The notes under the pieces were generated by a model, which worked only from the letters and a program-made list of their open reading frames with translations, ran no database searches and was not told the origin of the DNA. From Chiloscyllium plagiosum (taxonomy: Eukaryota): DNA of 21,568 nucleotides. The DNA lies in assembly GCF_004010195.1 (NCBI RefSeq), contig NC_057749.1, positions 25,827,044 to 25,848,611 of the forward strand, read 5' to 3'. A program made the translations under genes and the position numbers. Below are positions 1-8,940 of the stretch, piece by piece; within the stretch, counting starts at the first letter, position 1, and each line of letters starts with the position of its first letter.

Positions 1-595
1 ACACACACAAACATTTTATATCTCATTCCAGAATTATCAATGCACTTGGAAATGAAATGGCACAAAGTTGGGTTCAATTCACTCTTGGATAAATTCAATA
101 GATAGATTACATATAAGGAGAGACATTTATAACAGTAAAAGAAATGACAGATATGTACATGTGACATAAATCTGTGACAAAAGCTGAAAACAAGTGAACA
201 TATAGGTATTTTGACTTTGTCATTTTATTGCAATGTGTTCAGCCAAACATTTATTTTTTCTCAGATCAATTAGTCGCACGGTAGATGATTGTATTAAGAT
301 CACAATAAAATATCAGTGATTAGGGCAGAGTCGTTCATCTTAAAATGTTTCTGCACAGAAATTGCGTTTCAAACTGTTGTTCTTGTCATGTCTTCCATCT
401 TGACCCCTTCCTGTTTAGCTGTCAGGCTGAAAAATGCAAATAAGAGCTCCTCACTGTAATATGAAACTAGCACATGTATTGGAAAGATGAGGGGAAAATC
501 AGGAGACAAGCTGAGACACGCAGCAAACGCAAGCCAAAGCTAGGTGAACTGTTGACAGCATGACTATGGGAGATCATCAAAGCTTGCAGGATTCG

Positions 596-1180
596 TGCAT
601 GTTTTGACAGCAACTTTGAACCTCAAACATAATGAAACATTCCAAGGTGTTTGACTGCCACCATTTAAAAAGCAGGCTTTTCCACTGAACATTGAGGTCA
701 GATGACCAAATATTTGGTTAAAATGGGAGATTTTGAGGAGCATTTTGAAGGTGGAGATATAGTGAGGCCACGAGATTTTGAGTGTGGAGTGCAGAGCGCA
801 GGACCCAAGCCGTTGCATTCATGACCACCAGCAATTAAGATCAGAAATGCTCAAAAGGCCAGAATTAGAGGAGTATAGATAAATCAGTGTGTTGAGGGGC
901 TGGACAAGATTTGGGTGGAGAGATCGAGACTAGGACAAGGTGGGGCTTAAAAACCAAGGTCAGAATCTTGAAATGAAGACATCTGTCCAGGAGTCAATTC
1001 GGCTCAGTGTGGGCAGGGGCAATAGATATGTAGTATTTGGTGCAAGTGCTAGCAACAGAGATTTTGACAAACTCAGGTTTACAGAGGGTATAATGTGGGA
1101 GGACGGACAGGAATATGCTGGAATAGTCAAGTTTAGTGGTATCAAAGGGATGAATGAGGGTTTTAAGCCATCCATCATGA
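596..1180 (-). mobile_element. Old L2-clade LINE 3' fragment
   Basis: Minus-strand translation 'KTLIHPFDTTKLDYSSIFLSVLPHYTLCKPEFVKISVA' resembles the L2 ORF2 C-terminal motif 'ETLIHAFVTSRLDYxNxLLAGLPxxxLxKLQLxQNSAAR'. A degenerate L2-type 3' end lies at ~596-660. Ends approximate. Confidence 0.7.
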
Positions 1181-1280
1181 GAATGGCTAAGTGAAGAGAT
1201 ATTTTGCGACATCATCTGTATCACCCTTTCTAGTGAGAATGTGTCACAAGGGTGAGCCTTTAACTTAACAGGACAGTGAA

Positions 1281-1609
1281 TAGATAGATAGAATAGATTC
1301 CCTACAGTATGGAAACAGACCCTTCAGCCCAAAAAGTCCACATTGACCCGCTAAAGAGCAACCCAACCAGACCTATTCACCTACATTTACCCCTGACTAA
1401 TGTACTTAACACTATGGGCAATCTAGCATCACCAATTCACCTACCCTGCACATCTTTGGATTGTGGGAGGAAACTGGAGCACTCAGAGGAAACTCATGCA
1501 GACACGGGGAGAATGTGCAAACTCCACACAGTCACCCAAAGTAGGAATTGAACCCAGGTCCCTGGTGCTGTGAGGCAGCAGTGCTAACCACTGAGCTACT
1601 GTGCCACCC
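1281..1609 (-). mobile_element. HE1-type V-SINE, full length
   Basis: Reverse complement shows a tRNA-like head (A box tagctcagtggttagcac, B box gggttcaattcc), the V-core tgtgtggagtttgcacattctcccc and a CR1-like tail ending in (tcta)n. Confidence 0.92.
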
Positions 1610-1844
1610 AAGGTGGGAGAAATGTCACTCGAATGGTGCTAAATCAGTTTGCAATGGATTTGTTAAATGTTCAACAGCTGTTTGGCCAATCATTTGGACA
1701 TCATGGCCTGTCCATATGACATATCCGGATTAATACATTAATTCAGCAGGTGTTTGAAATGAGAAATGGGTTGAGAGGTTGGTGCAATAGTGTTGTATCC
1801 TTACCTCCAACCTTCGCTCCCTTGAAAACATAAACCAATAGGCT

Positions 1845-2413
1845 GACATACAAACAAGGAACTATAGTAGGCCACTCAGCCGTTCAAGCCTGCTCTGCCA
1901 TTCAATAAGATCATGGCTGATGCAATTTTTACTTCAACTCTACATTTTGGTGTATCTCCGATAATCTTTCATCCCTTTGGTAATCAAGAATAGATCTATC
2001 TCTCTCTTAAAGATATTTAAAAGTTCTGCCTCCTCTACCTTTTGAGGAAGGGAATTCCAAAGACACTCTGAGTGAAAAAATGAAGTTTCCTCATGTCTGT
2101 CCTAAATGGGCACCCCCTTATTTTCAAATGTTGACCCTTAGCTCTAGATTTTCCCACAAGAGAAAATATCGATTGGGTCAAGGCCCCTCAGGATCTTATA
2201 TGTTTCAACTGAGACACCTCCGACTCTTCCAAACTCCAGAAGGTTCCTGACGAAGGGCTTTTGCCCGAACCGTTGGTTTTCCTGCTCCTCGGATGCTGGC
2301 TGACCTGCTGTGCTTTTCCAGCACCACTCTGATCCAAACTCCAGAAGATTCAGGTCTAACTGTCCAGCCTTTCGCTATAAAGCAATCTACTCATTCCAGG
2401 TATTAAGTCTAAC
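1845..2413 (-). mobile_element. CR1-clade LINE 3' fragment interrupted by a PLE-derived insert
   Basis: Tail motif 'gtaggccactcagccgttcaagcctgctctgccattcaataagatcatggctgat' followed by degenerate ORF2 3' sequence in reverse orientation. Confidence 0.8.
2243..2332 (+). mobile_element. Short PLE terminal-repeat element with hammerhead-like core and 15-bp TSD
   Basis: Closely matches the reverse complement of 9845-9935, the end of the PLE in this window. Flanked by identical tccaaactccagaag at 2228-2242 and 2333-2347. Confidence 0.88.
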
Positions 2414-2428
2414 ATTGAATAAATTGTT

Positions 2429-2547
2429 CTGAGGAAGGGTCAATAGTTAAATCTAATTTCTCACCATAGATGCTGCCACACCTGCTGAGATTTTCAGCAA
2501 TTTCTGTTTTAATTTCTGATTTACAGTATCCGCAGTATTCGGTTTTT
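2429..2547 (+). mobile_element. Older short PLE-terminal-repeat element with 15-bp TSD
   Basis: ctgaggaagggtca...gatgctgccacacctgctgagattttcagcaatttctgttt...ttacagtatccgcagta, flanked by identical attgaataaattgtt at 2414-2428 and 2548-2562. Confidence 0.8.
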
Positions 2548-2859
2548 ATTGAATAAATTGTTTACAGGTTTACAGCACAGACACAGGCCGTTCAACCCAA
2601 GTGAAATCACACCTTTCTCTTCCTTTCCCACTTATGTGCTTCTGGGACATCTCCTTAAAAGCAAATAATGCTATTTAACTTCCTACTTCCTGCAGTAATA
2701 ATTTCTGCACCTATTCGGTCAAGAAGATTCCTTTTCTAATTAACTTTAATAAGGTTGGCATATTCTTGCAATTGTGAGATCTGCATTATAGGTAAGAATT
2801 TACAGGTCTTCCAAAGGATATCGGAAAAGGAAAGTTAAGAAGAGAATGCTCAAAAAGTG

Positions 2860-3330
2860 CCACGTTTTGCCACTGGAACAAGTAAGGTTTGGAAGGAAAT
2901 GTCACAGAGGTTTTGAAAGTTATGAAAATTTTGCAAGTTGTCAAAGATGGTTCCTGTTGGTTCAACAAATCAAGAGGTTGTAGGTGGACAATTATCATGA
3001 GATGGCAATGAGGGAAGCTAGAGGATTTTCCAGTGAGAATATGGGATAATTTGTCAGAAATACCTTGAGACTGGGAACTTGTTTGAAGATTGTGATAAAC
3101 TTCTGTTCAGTGGGCCCACTGGAGAAAAGGCCACGTAGCTGACTTCTCGAGAACTCCAGTACCAAAGTTATGATGGAAGTCAGTAGAACATGAAAGAAAA
3201 TTTCTCTACAGGATCATTTGAATTAATAGCAGTTAAGTATTTGCAAAAGAAGAACATGAAAGGAAAGGAATTGTAGAACATGCCTTCAGCTGAGGAGCTA
3301 AGCACTGACACAAACACGATGGGTCAAATG
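2860..3330 (+). mobile_element. Highly degenerate CR1 3' fragment
   Basis: ttttgccactggaacaagtaaggtttggaaggaaatgtcacagaggttttgaaagttatgaaa resembles the CR1 'FSLEQRRLRGDLIEVFKIMK' region. The tail 'cacaaacacgatgggtcaaatg' at 3310-3330 appears to continue at 3831-3870. Confidence 0.6.
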
Positions 3331-3586
3331 TAAAAGCAAAAATTCTGCAGAGGCTGGAAATCAGAAATAAGAATAGAAAATGCTGGAAAAAAACTCAGCA
3401 GGTCAGGCAGTATCTGTGGACAGAAACAGAGTTAACGTTTCAGGTCTTCATCAGAACAGTTCCTGACGAATGGCGGAATGGGCTCGATGGGCCGAATGGC
3501 CTTACTTCCGCTCCTATGTCTTATGGTCTTATGGAATCGATCTGAAAGGATAGCAATGCTTTTCTCCACTGGTGCTTCCTGGCCTC
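3331..3586. mobile_element. Palindromic (head-to-head) PLE-terminal-repeat element, older family
   Basis: Left arm 3333-3457 on minus (rc: ttctgatgaagacctgaaacgttaactctgtttctgtccacagatactgcctgacctgctgag). Right arm begins gttcctgacgaa at 3459 and continues, degenerate, as tcgatctgaaag...ttctccactggtgcttcctggcct after a CR1-tail insertion. Confidence 0.7.
3474..3534 (+). mobile_element. CR1 3' tail fragment inserted in the palindromic element
   Basis: gggctcgatgggccgaatggccttacttccgctcctatgtcttatggtcttatgg is a typical CR1 3' UTR hairpin plus short tandem tail. Confidence 0.8.
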
Positions 3587-3598
3587 ATGGGTGAAATG

Positions 3599-3826
3599 TG
3601 TCGAAAGTGTGGCACTGGAAAAGCCCAGCAGGTCAGGCAGCATCCAAGGAGCAGGAGAATTGACAGTCTGGGCATAAGTCCTTCATTAGGAACGTCATCA
3701 GCCCTTCATCAGGGTATGCCCGAAACATCGATTCTCCTGCTCCCCGGATGCTGCCCGATCTGCTGTGCTTTTCCAGCACCACACACTTTCGACTCTGATC
3801 TCCAGCATCTGCAGTCCTCACTTTCT
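3599..3826. mobile_element. Palindromic PLE-terminal-repeat element, younger family
   Basis: Left arm 3600-3692 (gtcgaaagtgtg...ctggaaaagcccagcaggtcaggcagcatccaaggagcaggagaattgac) is the inverted copy of right arm 3715-3793 (tatgcccgaaacatcgattctcctgctccccggatgctgcc...cactttcgac). The right arm continues to the element end ccagcatctgcagtcctcactttc. Confidence 0.88.
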
Positions 3827-3881
3827 CCTAATGGATGAAATGGTCAATTTCTGCTTTGCAATTTCTCATCAATCAAGCATC

Positions 3882-4179
3882 GGTTAGCACAGCTGCCTCA
3901 CAGCGCCAGTGTCCCACGTTCGATTCCAGCCTTGGGTGACCGTCAGTGTGGAGTTTGCACATTCTCCCTGTGTCTGCGTGGGTTTCCTCCGGGTGCTCTG
4001 GTTTCCTCCCACAGTCCAAAGATGTGCAGAATAAGTGAATTGGCCATGCTAAAATTGCCCCAGTATTAGGTGAATTAGTCAGAGGGAAATGGGTCTGGGT
4101 GGGTTACTCTTCGGAGGGTCGGTGTGGACTTGTTGGGCCGAAGGGCCTGTTTCCACACTGTAGGGAATCTAATCTAATC
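3882..4179 (+). mobile_element. HE1-type V-SINE, slightly 5' truncated
   Basis: ggttagcacagctgcctcacagcgcc...gttcgattcc (B box), V-core gtgtggagtttgcacattctccc, tail ccacactgtagggaatctaatctaatc. Confidence 0.93.
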
Positions 4180-4534
4180 ATATTCCACAGAGATATTGGC
4201 ATTGCAATTAACCTTTGTGATTATTTGTCAATTCAAGCATAAAGTCAGAAGACAGTACAAGACTTGGCCATGCAGGCAGGTAATTCAATCTACTGTTGAC
4301 CCTATTTGCCATGACTAATGTTGCCAACTCTGATTGGATGTAATCTAGGAAGAAGGGTCACATTGTCTCTTATTTCCAAGGATCCCATGACCCCTCCTGT
4401 GATTGCCCAACATATTAATCCTATTGCAAGTAGTCTGTGCAGCTGGCATTTGGTTATGTTAGAATCTACTTTGAGTATGTTTGCTGCTTACGGAGCTTAC
4501 TAGTATCAACTAATGGAGGACTAATCAACATGTA

Positions 4535-4705
4535 AACATCTCAGTTCAGATCGGGAGTAGACGTTCAGTACTGTATGCCTGCTCTGCCATTTAATAAAGT
4601 CACTGTAACCTCAAATCCACATTCTTGCCTACCCCAGTGACCTTTTAAACTTTTACTGTCCATCTCTGCCATAAAACCACTAATAGCCTTCAGTAGGAGA
4701 GATAC
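4535..4705 (-). mobile_element. Degenerate CR1 3' tail fragment
   Basis: gggagtagacgttcag...gcctgctctgccatttaataaag...cctcaaatccacattcttgcctacccc resembles the tail at 1860-1970. Confidence 0.55.
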
Positions 4706-4924
4706 ATAGCTGAGGAACAAATAAGGGTTATTAGATAATAATCAGATAACAGGTTCTATTGGCTTTAGACTGGTTAACTGCATTACAACTAAACAAGAGA
4801 CATTGTTATCTCATAAGAGATCATAACCAGGTCTATGCTAAATGACTGTAAACTGTAGAACATAATGCGGCCAACTAAAAACAAGTTTAGAAGCAACTAG
4901 AAACGTCTCCCACAGAAATCTATA

Positions 4925-5805
4925 AACAGAAACATAGAAAATAAATACAAGAGTGGGCCATTCATTGTGATTGTGACTGATCATCCATCACAAAACCGTT
5001 TTCCCACTTTACCCCCACATTGATTGATCCCTTTAGCTCCAAGTGCTGTATCCACCTCCTTCCTGAAATCATATAATGTTTTGGCTTTGACTGCTAACAC
5101 TATCCACAGGTTCAGTGCTCTTTGAATGAAGACCTTTCTCTTAAATGGTTTGCCCTGTATCTTTAGAGTATGACCCTTGATCATCATGAACATCCTTCCT
5201 GCATCTACGCTGTCCAGACCTGTTAAAATTTTATAGCCTTCAATGAGATCCCCCTCCTTCTTTAGAACTGCAGCAATACTAATACTAACGGATTCAACCT
5301 CACCTCATACGTATGTCTGCTGTTCCAGGAATCAATCTGGTAAACCTTTGTTGCATCCCCACTCTAGTAATCACATCCTTCATCAGATTAGATTCCCTAC
5401 TGTGTGGAAACAGGCCCGTTGGCCCAACCAGTCCACACCGACCCTCCGAAGAGTAACCCACCCAGACTCTTTTCCCCTCTGACTAATGCACCTAACCCTA
5501 TGGACAATTTAGCATGGCCAATTCACCTGCCCTGCACATGTTTGGACTGTGGGAGGAAACCGGAGCACCCGGAGGACACCCACTCAGACACAGGGAGAAT
5601 GTGCAAACTCCACACAGACAGTTGCCCGAGGCTGGAATCAAACGTGGGACCCTGGTGCTGTGAGGTAGCAGTGCTAGCCACTGAGCCACCATGCCGCGTA
5701 ACTAAGAGGACCAAAAATGCATGCAATACTCCAGGTGTCACCAAACCCACACAAGACATTTCTACTCGTGAACTTGAATCCTCTCTCTATGAAGACTAAC
5801 CAATC
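4925..5805 (-). mobile_element. CR1 3' fragment interrupted by HE1 SINE
   Basis: Minus ORF 'KGHTLKIQGKPFKRKVFIQRALNLW...FRKEVDTALGAKGI' matches the CR1 ORF2 C-terminus. The element resumes after the SINE at gaccaaaaatgcatgcaatactccaggtg. Confidence 0.8.
5385..5697 (-). mobile_element. HE1-type V-SINE, full length
   Basis: Reverse complement gcggcatggtggctcagtggctagcactgctacctcacagcacc..., V-core and tail gggaatctaatct. Confidence 0.94.
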
Positions 5806-6149
5806 ATATCCCTTTTAGATCATTTATATACCAGTGGATGGAGCTATTCCAAAGCTTCCAAGTTAACCCTTTCAGGCCAACTATTTTATGTATTATTTCA
5901 TACAACAAATCCAGCAATCTTGCACAACAATGGGAAAGTCTCTTTCTTTATGTGATTGGATGATTCTCAACTGTCAATCAACAGCCTTTTCTCCTCCCCT
6001 CAATCGCTAACACCTTTGTTTAATCAGATTAACGGGCCACATTTACAGTTGCTGCCAGTTTTTTTTCCCAAGTTGCCTAGCACGTTTGTCTATGCATTAC
6101 AGATGGCAAATGGATGTTAACTAATTGATTGCAAGTGTAAGACAAGGCA

Positions 6150-6420
6150 CCATATGAACAAGAGCAAACCATTTCTCCTTTTAGCCTGCTTCACGGTTCA
6201 GACAGTATGATGATGGCTGATCTTCTATTTCAACTTCCCTTACTATTCTATCCCCATACCTGTTGCTTCCCATGGTGTCCGAAGATCGAACTTTTGAAGT
6301 CTTGAATGACAATCCAGTTACACAAAGGCTACCCATCCATAGCCTCGGCTCGAGAATTCTAAAGATTCGCAATGTGCCTTGAGTGAAAAAACTCTCTTCC
6401 TCTCAATCCCAAATGGCTAA
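6150..6420 (-). mobile_element. Degenerate CR1 3' fragment
   Basis: gcctgcttcacggttcag...gatggctgatcttctatttcaac...tccccatacc...gagaattctaaagattc...gagtgaaaaaactc matches the other minus-strand CR1 tails. Confidence 0.6.
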
Positions 6421-6449
6421 ATTTCTACTGCCCTCTGTTTAAAGACCAT

Positions 6450-6493
6450 CCAGAGGTGCGTAACAAAGTCTCTGAACAGGTTAATCAGAAAAA
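6450..6493 (+). mobile_element. 3' fragment of a short tRNA-derived SINE
   Basis: ccagaggtgcgtaacaaagtctctgaacaggttaatcagaaaa is similar to the 3' half of the element at 7296-7412. Confidence 0.5.
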
Positions 6494-6797
6494 GTTACCT
6501 CAGTGGAATGAATGACGCTTAGCTATTAATGAATCAGGTAAAAAGCAGAAGAATATAAATAAATAATCCTACTTGTGATCTTCTACATGTCAACACAGAT
6601 AAGTCAGCAAAAGCAAAACAAACAGAGTTACATCCATAGTTCCTTTGTACAAAATATACAGAGGATTTCACCACAGTGTCCTATTGCATAATTAACTGTT
6701 GATTGTACTCATGATGCAACATTATGTTATGTAATATAAACCACTTACTTCCAGAAAGTGCTTGTGAAATCCGTCTAACATCAAAATTCCATTTTAC

Positions 6798-6864
6798 CTT
6801 GCCCCTGTCTCAAGGGGCATTGTTCCATTGTGGAATTTCAAGGTCAACTGGTCACTATTTGGCA
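6798..6864 (-). other. Candidate internal exon (67 nt)
   Basis: Minus strand: branch-like ctaat + cttcccgtctttgtgtctgttacAG | exon | GTaaaa. One frame reads open as xPNSDQLTLKFHNGTMPLETGA. Product not recognised. Confidence 0.35.
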
Positions 6865-7295
6865 CTGTAACAGACACAAAGACGGGAAGTGAATTAGCTA
6901 ATGGTATTATGACATTCTCTGATGGACCCTCCAACGTAGAGTTTCATCAGAATGAACGGTTGCAGCTGAAAGTGCACCAAAACACAAGCTTATTGTTGCG
7001 GTCGCACAAATATTAAGTAAGGGGCACAGTCCGGGTGCAGGAGATTTAATCTGAGTGAGGCAGAGGCCGAGTGAGTATATACGGGAATTTGGTTCAAATT
7101 GTTAATTTGTGAGATAAATGTTTGTAAGTTCTGTTTTGGAGTAAAAGTCAGATTCTGACCGAAACTAACAGCCTTTTAAGTAAATTAAATCAAAAGTCTA
7201 ATTCAAAAGCCCTAATAATGGTGATTATCTATCAACCACCGAAAATCCTTTGTCTTGATTACTGCAGCAGGAACTGTGACTTACCGGAGGTTTCG

Positions 7296-7412
7296 ATATT
7301 TTCCAAACCAACCTGTTCAGAGACGTTACTAAACACTTCTTGAGCAGTTAGAACTTGAACCTGGTTCTTCTGTCTCACAGACAGGGACACTATCACCGTG
7401 TGGCAAGACCCC
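7296..7412 (-). mobile_element. Short (~115 bp) tRNA-derived SINE
   Basis: rc: gggtcttgccacacggtgatagtgtccctgtctgtgagacagaagaaccaggttcaagttctaactgctc...tctctgaacaggttgg, with degenerate A box and B box (ggttcaagttc). Confidence 0.65.
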
Positions 7413-7514
7413 TCCCATTACAGCTCTATATAAGAGATTATATAGTCTGAAAAGGTGAATGGTCAGTACGAGAGAAACTTAACCTGAGTGGGGCAGAAGC
7501 TGAGGTCAAATAGC

Positions 7515-8245
7515 GTCATAGGGTCATAGAGGTGTACAGCACCGAAACAGACCCTTTGGTCAACTCGTCCATGCTGACAAGATATCCCAACTCAATCTAG
7601 TCCCACCCCCCCACTATCCGGCCCATATCCCTCCAAACCTTTTCTATTCATATACCCATCCAGATGCCCTTTAAATGTTGTAATTGTACCAGTCTCCACC
7701 ACTTCCTCTGGCAGCTTATTCCATACACATACCACCCTCTGCATGAAAAGGTTGCCCCTTAGGTCCCTTTTATATCTTTCCCCTCTTACCCTAAACTTAT
7801 GCTCAAATGACTTCTCCACCCAAGGGAAGAGACTTTGTCTATTTATCCTATCAATGCCCCTCATGATTTTATAAACCACTATAAGGTCACCCCTCAGCTA
7901 CCAATGTTCCAGGGAAAACAGCCCCAGCCTATTCAGCCTCTCCCTATAGCTCAAATCCTCAACCCTGGCAATATCCTTGTAAATTTTTTCTGAACCCTTT
8001 CAAGTTTCACAACATCTTTCCGATAGGAAGGAGACCAGAATTGCATGCAATATTCCAAAAGTGGCCTGACCAACGTCTTGTACAGCCTCAACATGACCTC
8101 CCAACTCCTGTACTCAATACTCTGACCAATAAAGGAAAGCATACCAAACACCTTCTTCACTATCCTATCTACCTGCGACTCCACTTTCAAGGAGCTATGA
8201 ACCTGCATTCCAAGGTCTCTTTGTTCAGCAACACTCTCCAGGACT
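7515..8245 (-). mobile_element. HER1/CR1 LINE 3' fragment
   Basis: Minus ORFs 'RLYKTLVRPLLEYCMQFWSPSYRKDVVKLERVQKKFTRILPGL' and 'VYKIMRGIDRINRQSLFP...WNKLPEEVVE' are canonical CR1 ORF2 C-terminus; the tail ends in a repeated ctatgac motif. Confidence 0.95.
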
Positions 8246-8683
8246 TGAGTAAAGGGAGAGGTTGACTAGGCTAGGGCCGTTTTCACCAGAGCGCGGAGGC
8301 TGAGGGGTGACCTTAAAGAGGTTTATAAAATCATGAGGGGCATGGATAGGGTAAATAGACAAGGTCATTTCCCTGGGGTGGGGGAGTCCAGAACTAGAGG
8401 GCATAGATTTAGGGTGAGAGGGAAAAGATATAAAAGGGACTTAAGGGGCAACTGTTTCACACAGAGGGTGGTACGTGTATGGAGTGAGCTGCCAGAGGTG
8501 GTGGTGGAGGCTGGTATAATTGCAACGTTTAAAAGGCATCTGGATGGGTATATGAATAGGAAGGATTTAGAAGGATATGGGTCAGGTGCTTGCAAACGGA
8601 ACAAGATTAGGTTAGGATACCTGATCAGTATGGACGAGTTGGACTGAAGGGTCTGTTTCTGTGCTGTATATCTCTATGACCCT
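8246..8683 (+). mobile_element. HER1/CR1 LINE 3' fragment, head-to-head with the previous copy
   Basis: ORF 'MRGMDRVNRQGHFPGVGESRTRGHRFRVRGKRYKRDLRGNCFTQRVVRVWSELP...FKRHLDGYMNRK'; tail gggtctgtttctgtgctgtatatctctatgac. Confidence 0.95.
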
Positions 8684-8940
8684 GTCTGTGTGGAATTTGC
8701 ACATTCTCCCCGTGTCAGTGTGGGTTTCCTCAGGGTGACCCAGTTTCTTCTCACAGTCCAAAAATGGGCACATTAGGTGAATTGGCCGTGCTAAACTGCC
8801 CAGAGTGTTCAGGGATGTGTAGGTGTATTAGTCAGAGGTAAATATAGGGTAGGGGAATGGGTCTGGGTGGGTTAGTCTTTGTAGGGTTGGTGTGGACATG
8901 TTGGGCCAAGGGGCCTATATCCACACTGTTGGGATTCAAA
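8684..8940 (+). mobile_element. HE1-type V-SINE lacking its tRNA head
   Basis: Starts directly at the V-core gtctgtgtggaatttgcacattctcccc and ends ccacactgttgggattc. Confidence 0.9.

Noticed and set aside
1..9. (AC)n microsatellite
   Set aside because: Only about four units visible at the window edge.
1540..1609. tRNA gene-like A/B boxes (also 3882, 5630, 7340, 17240)
   Set aside because: SINE heads continuous with SINE bodies; no complete cloverleaf.
1309..1733. ORFs such as 'CGRKLEHSEETHADTGRMCKLHT' (also 5404-5799, 16907-17490, 19360-19811, 20033-20278)
   Set aside because: Translations of HE1 SINE sequence, a common source of spurious predicted proteins.
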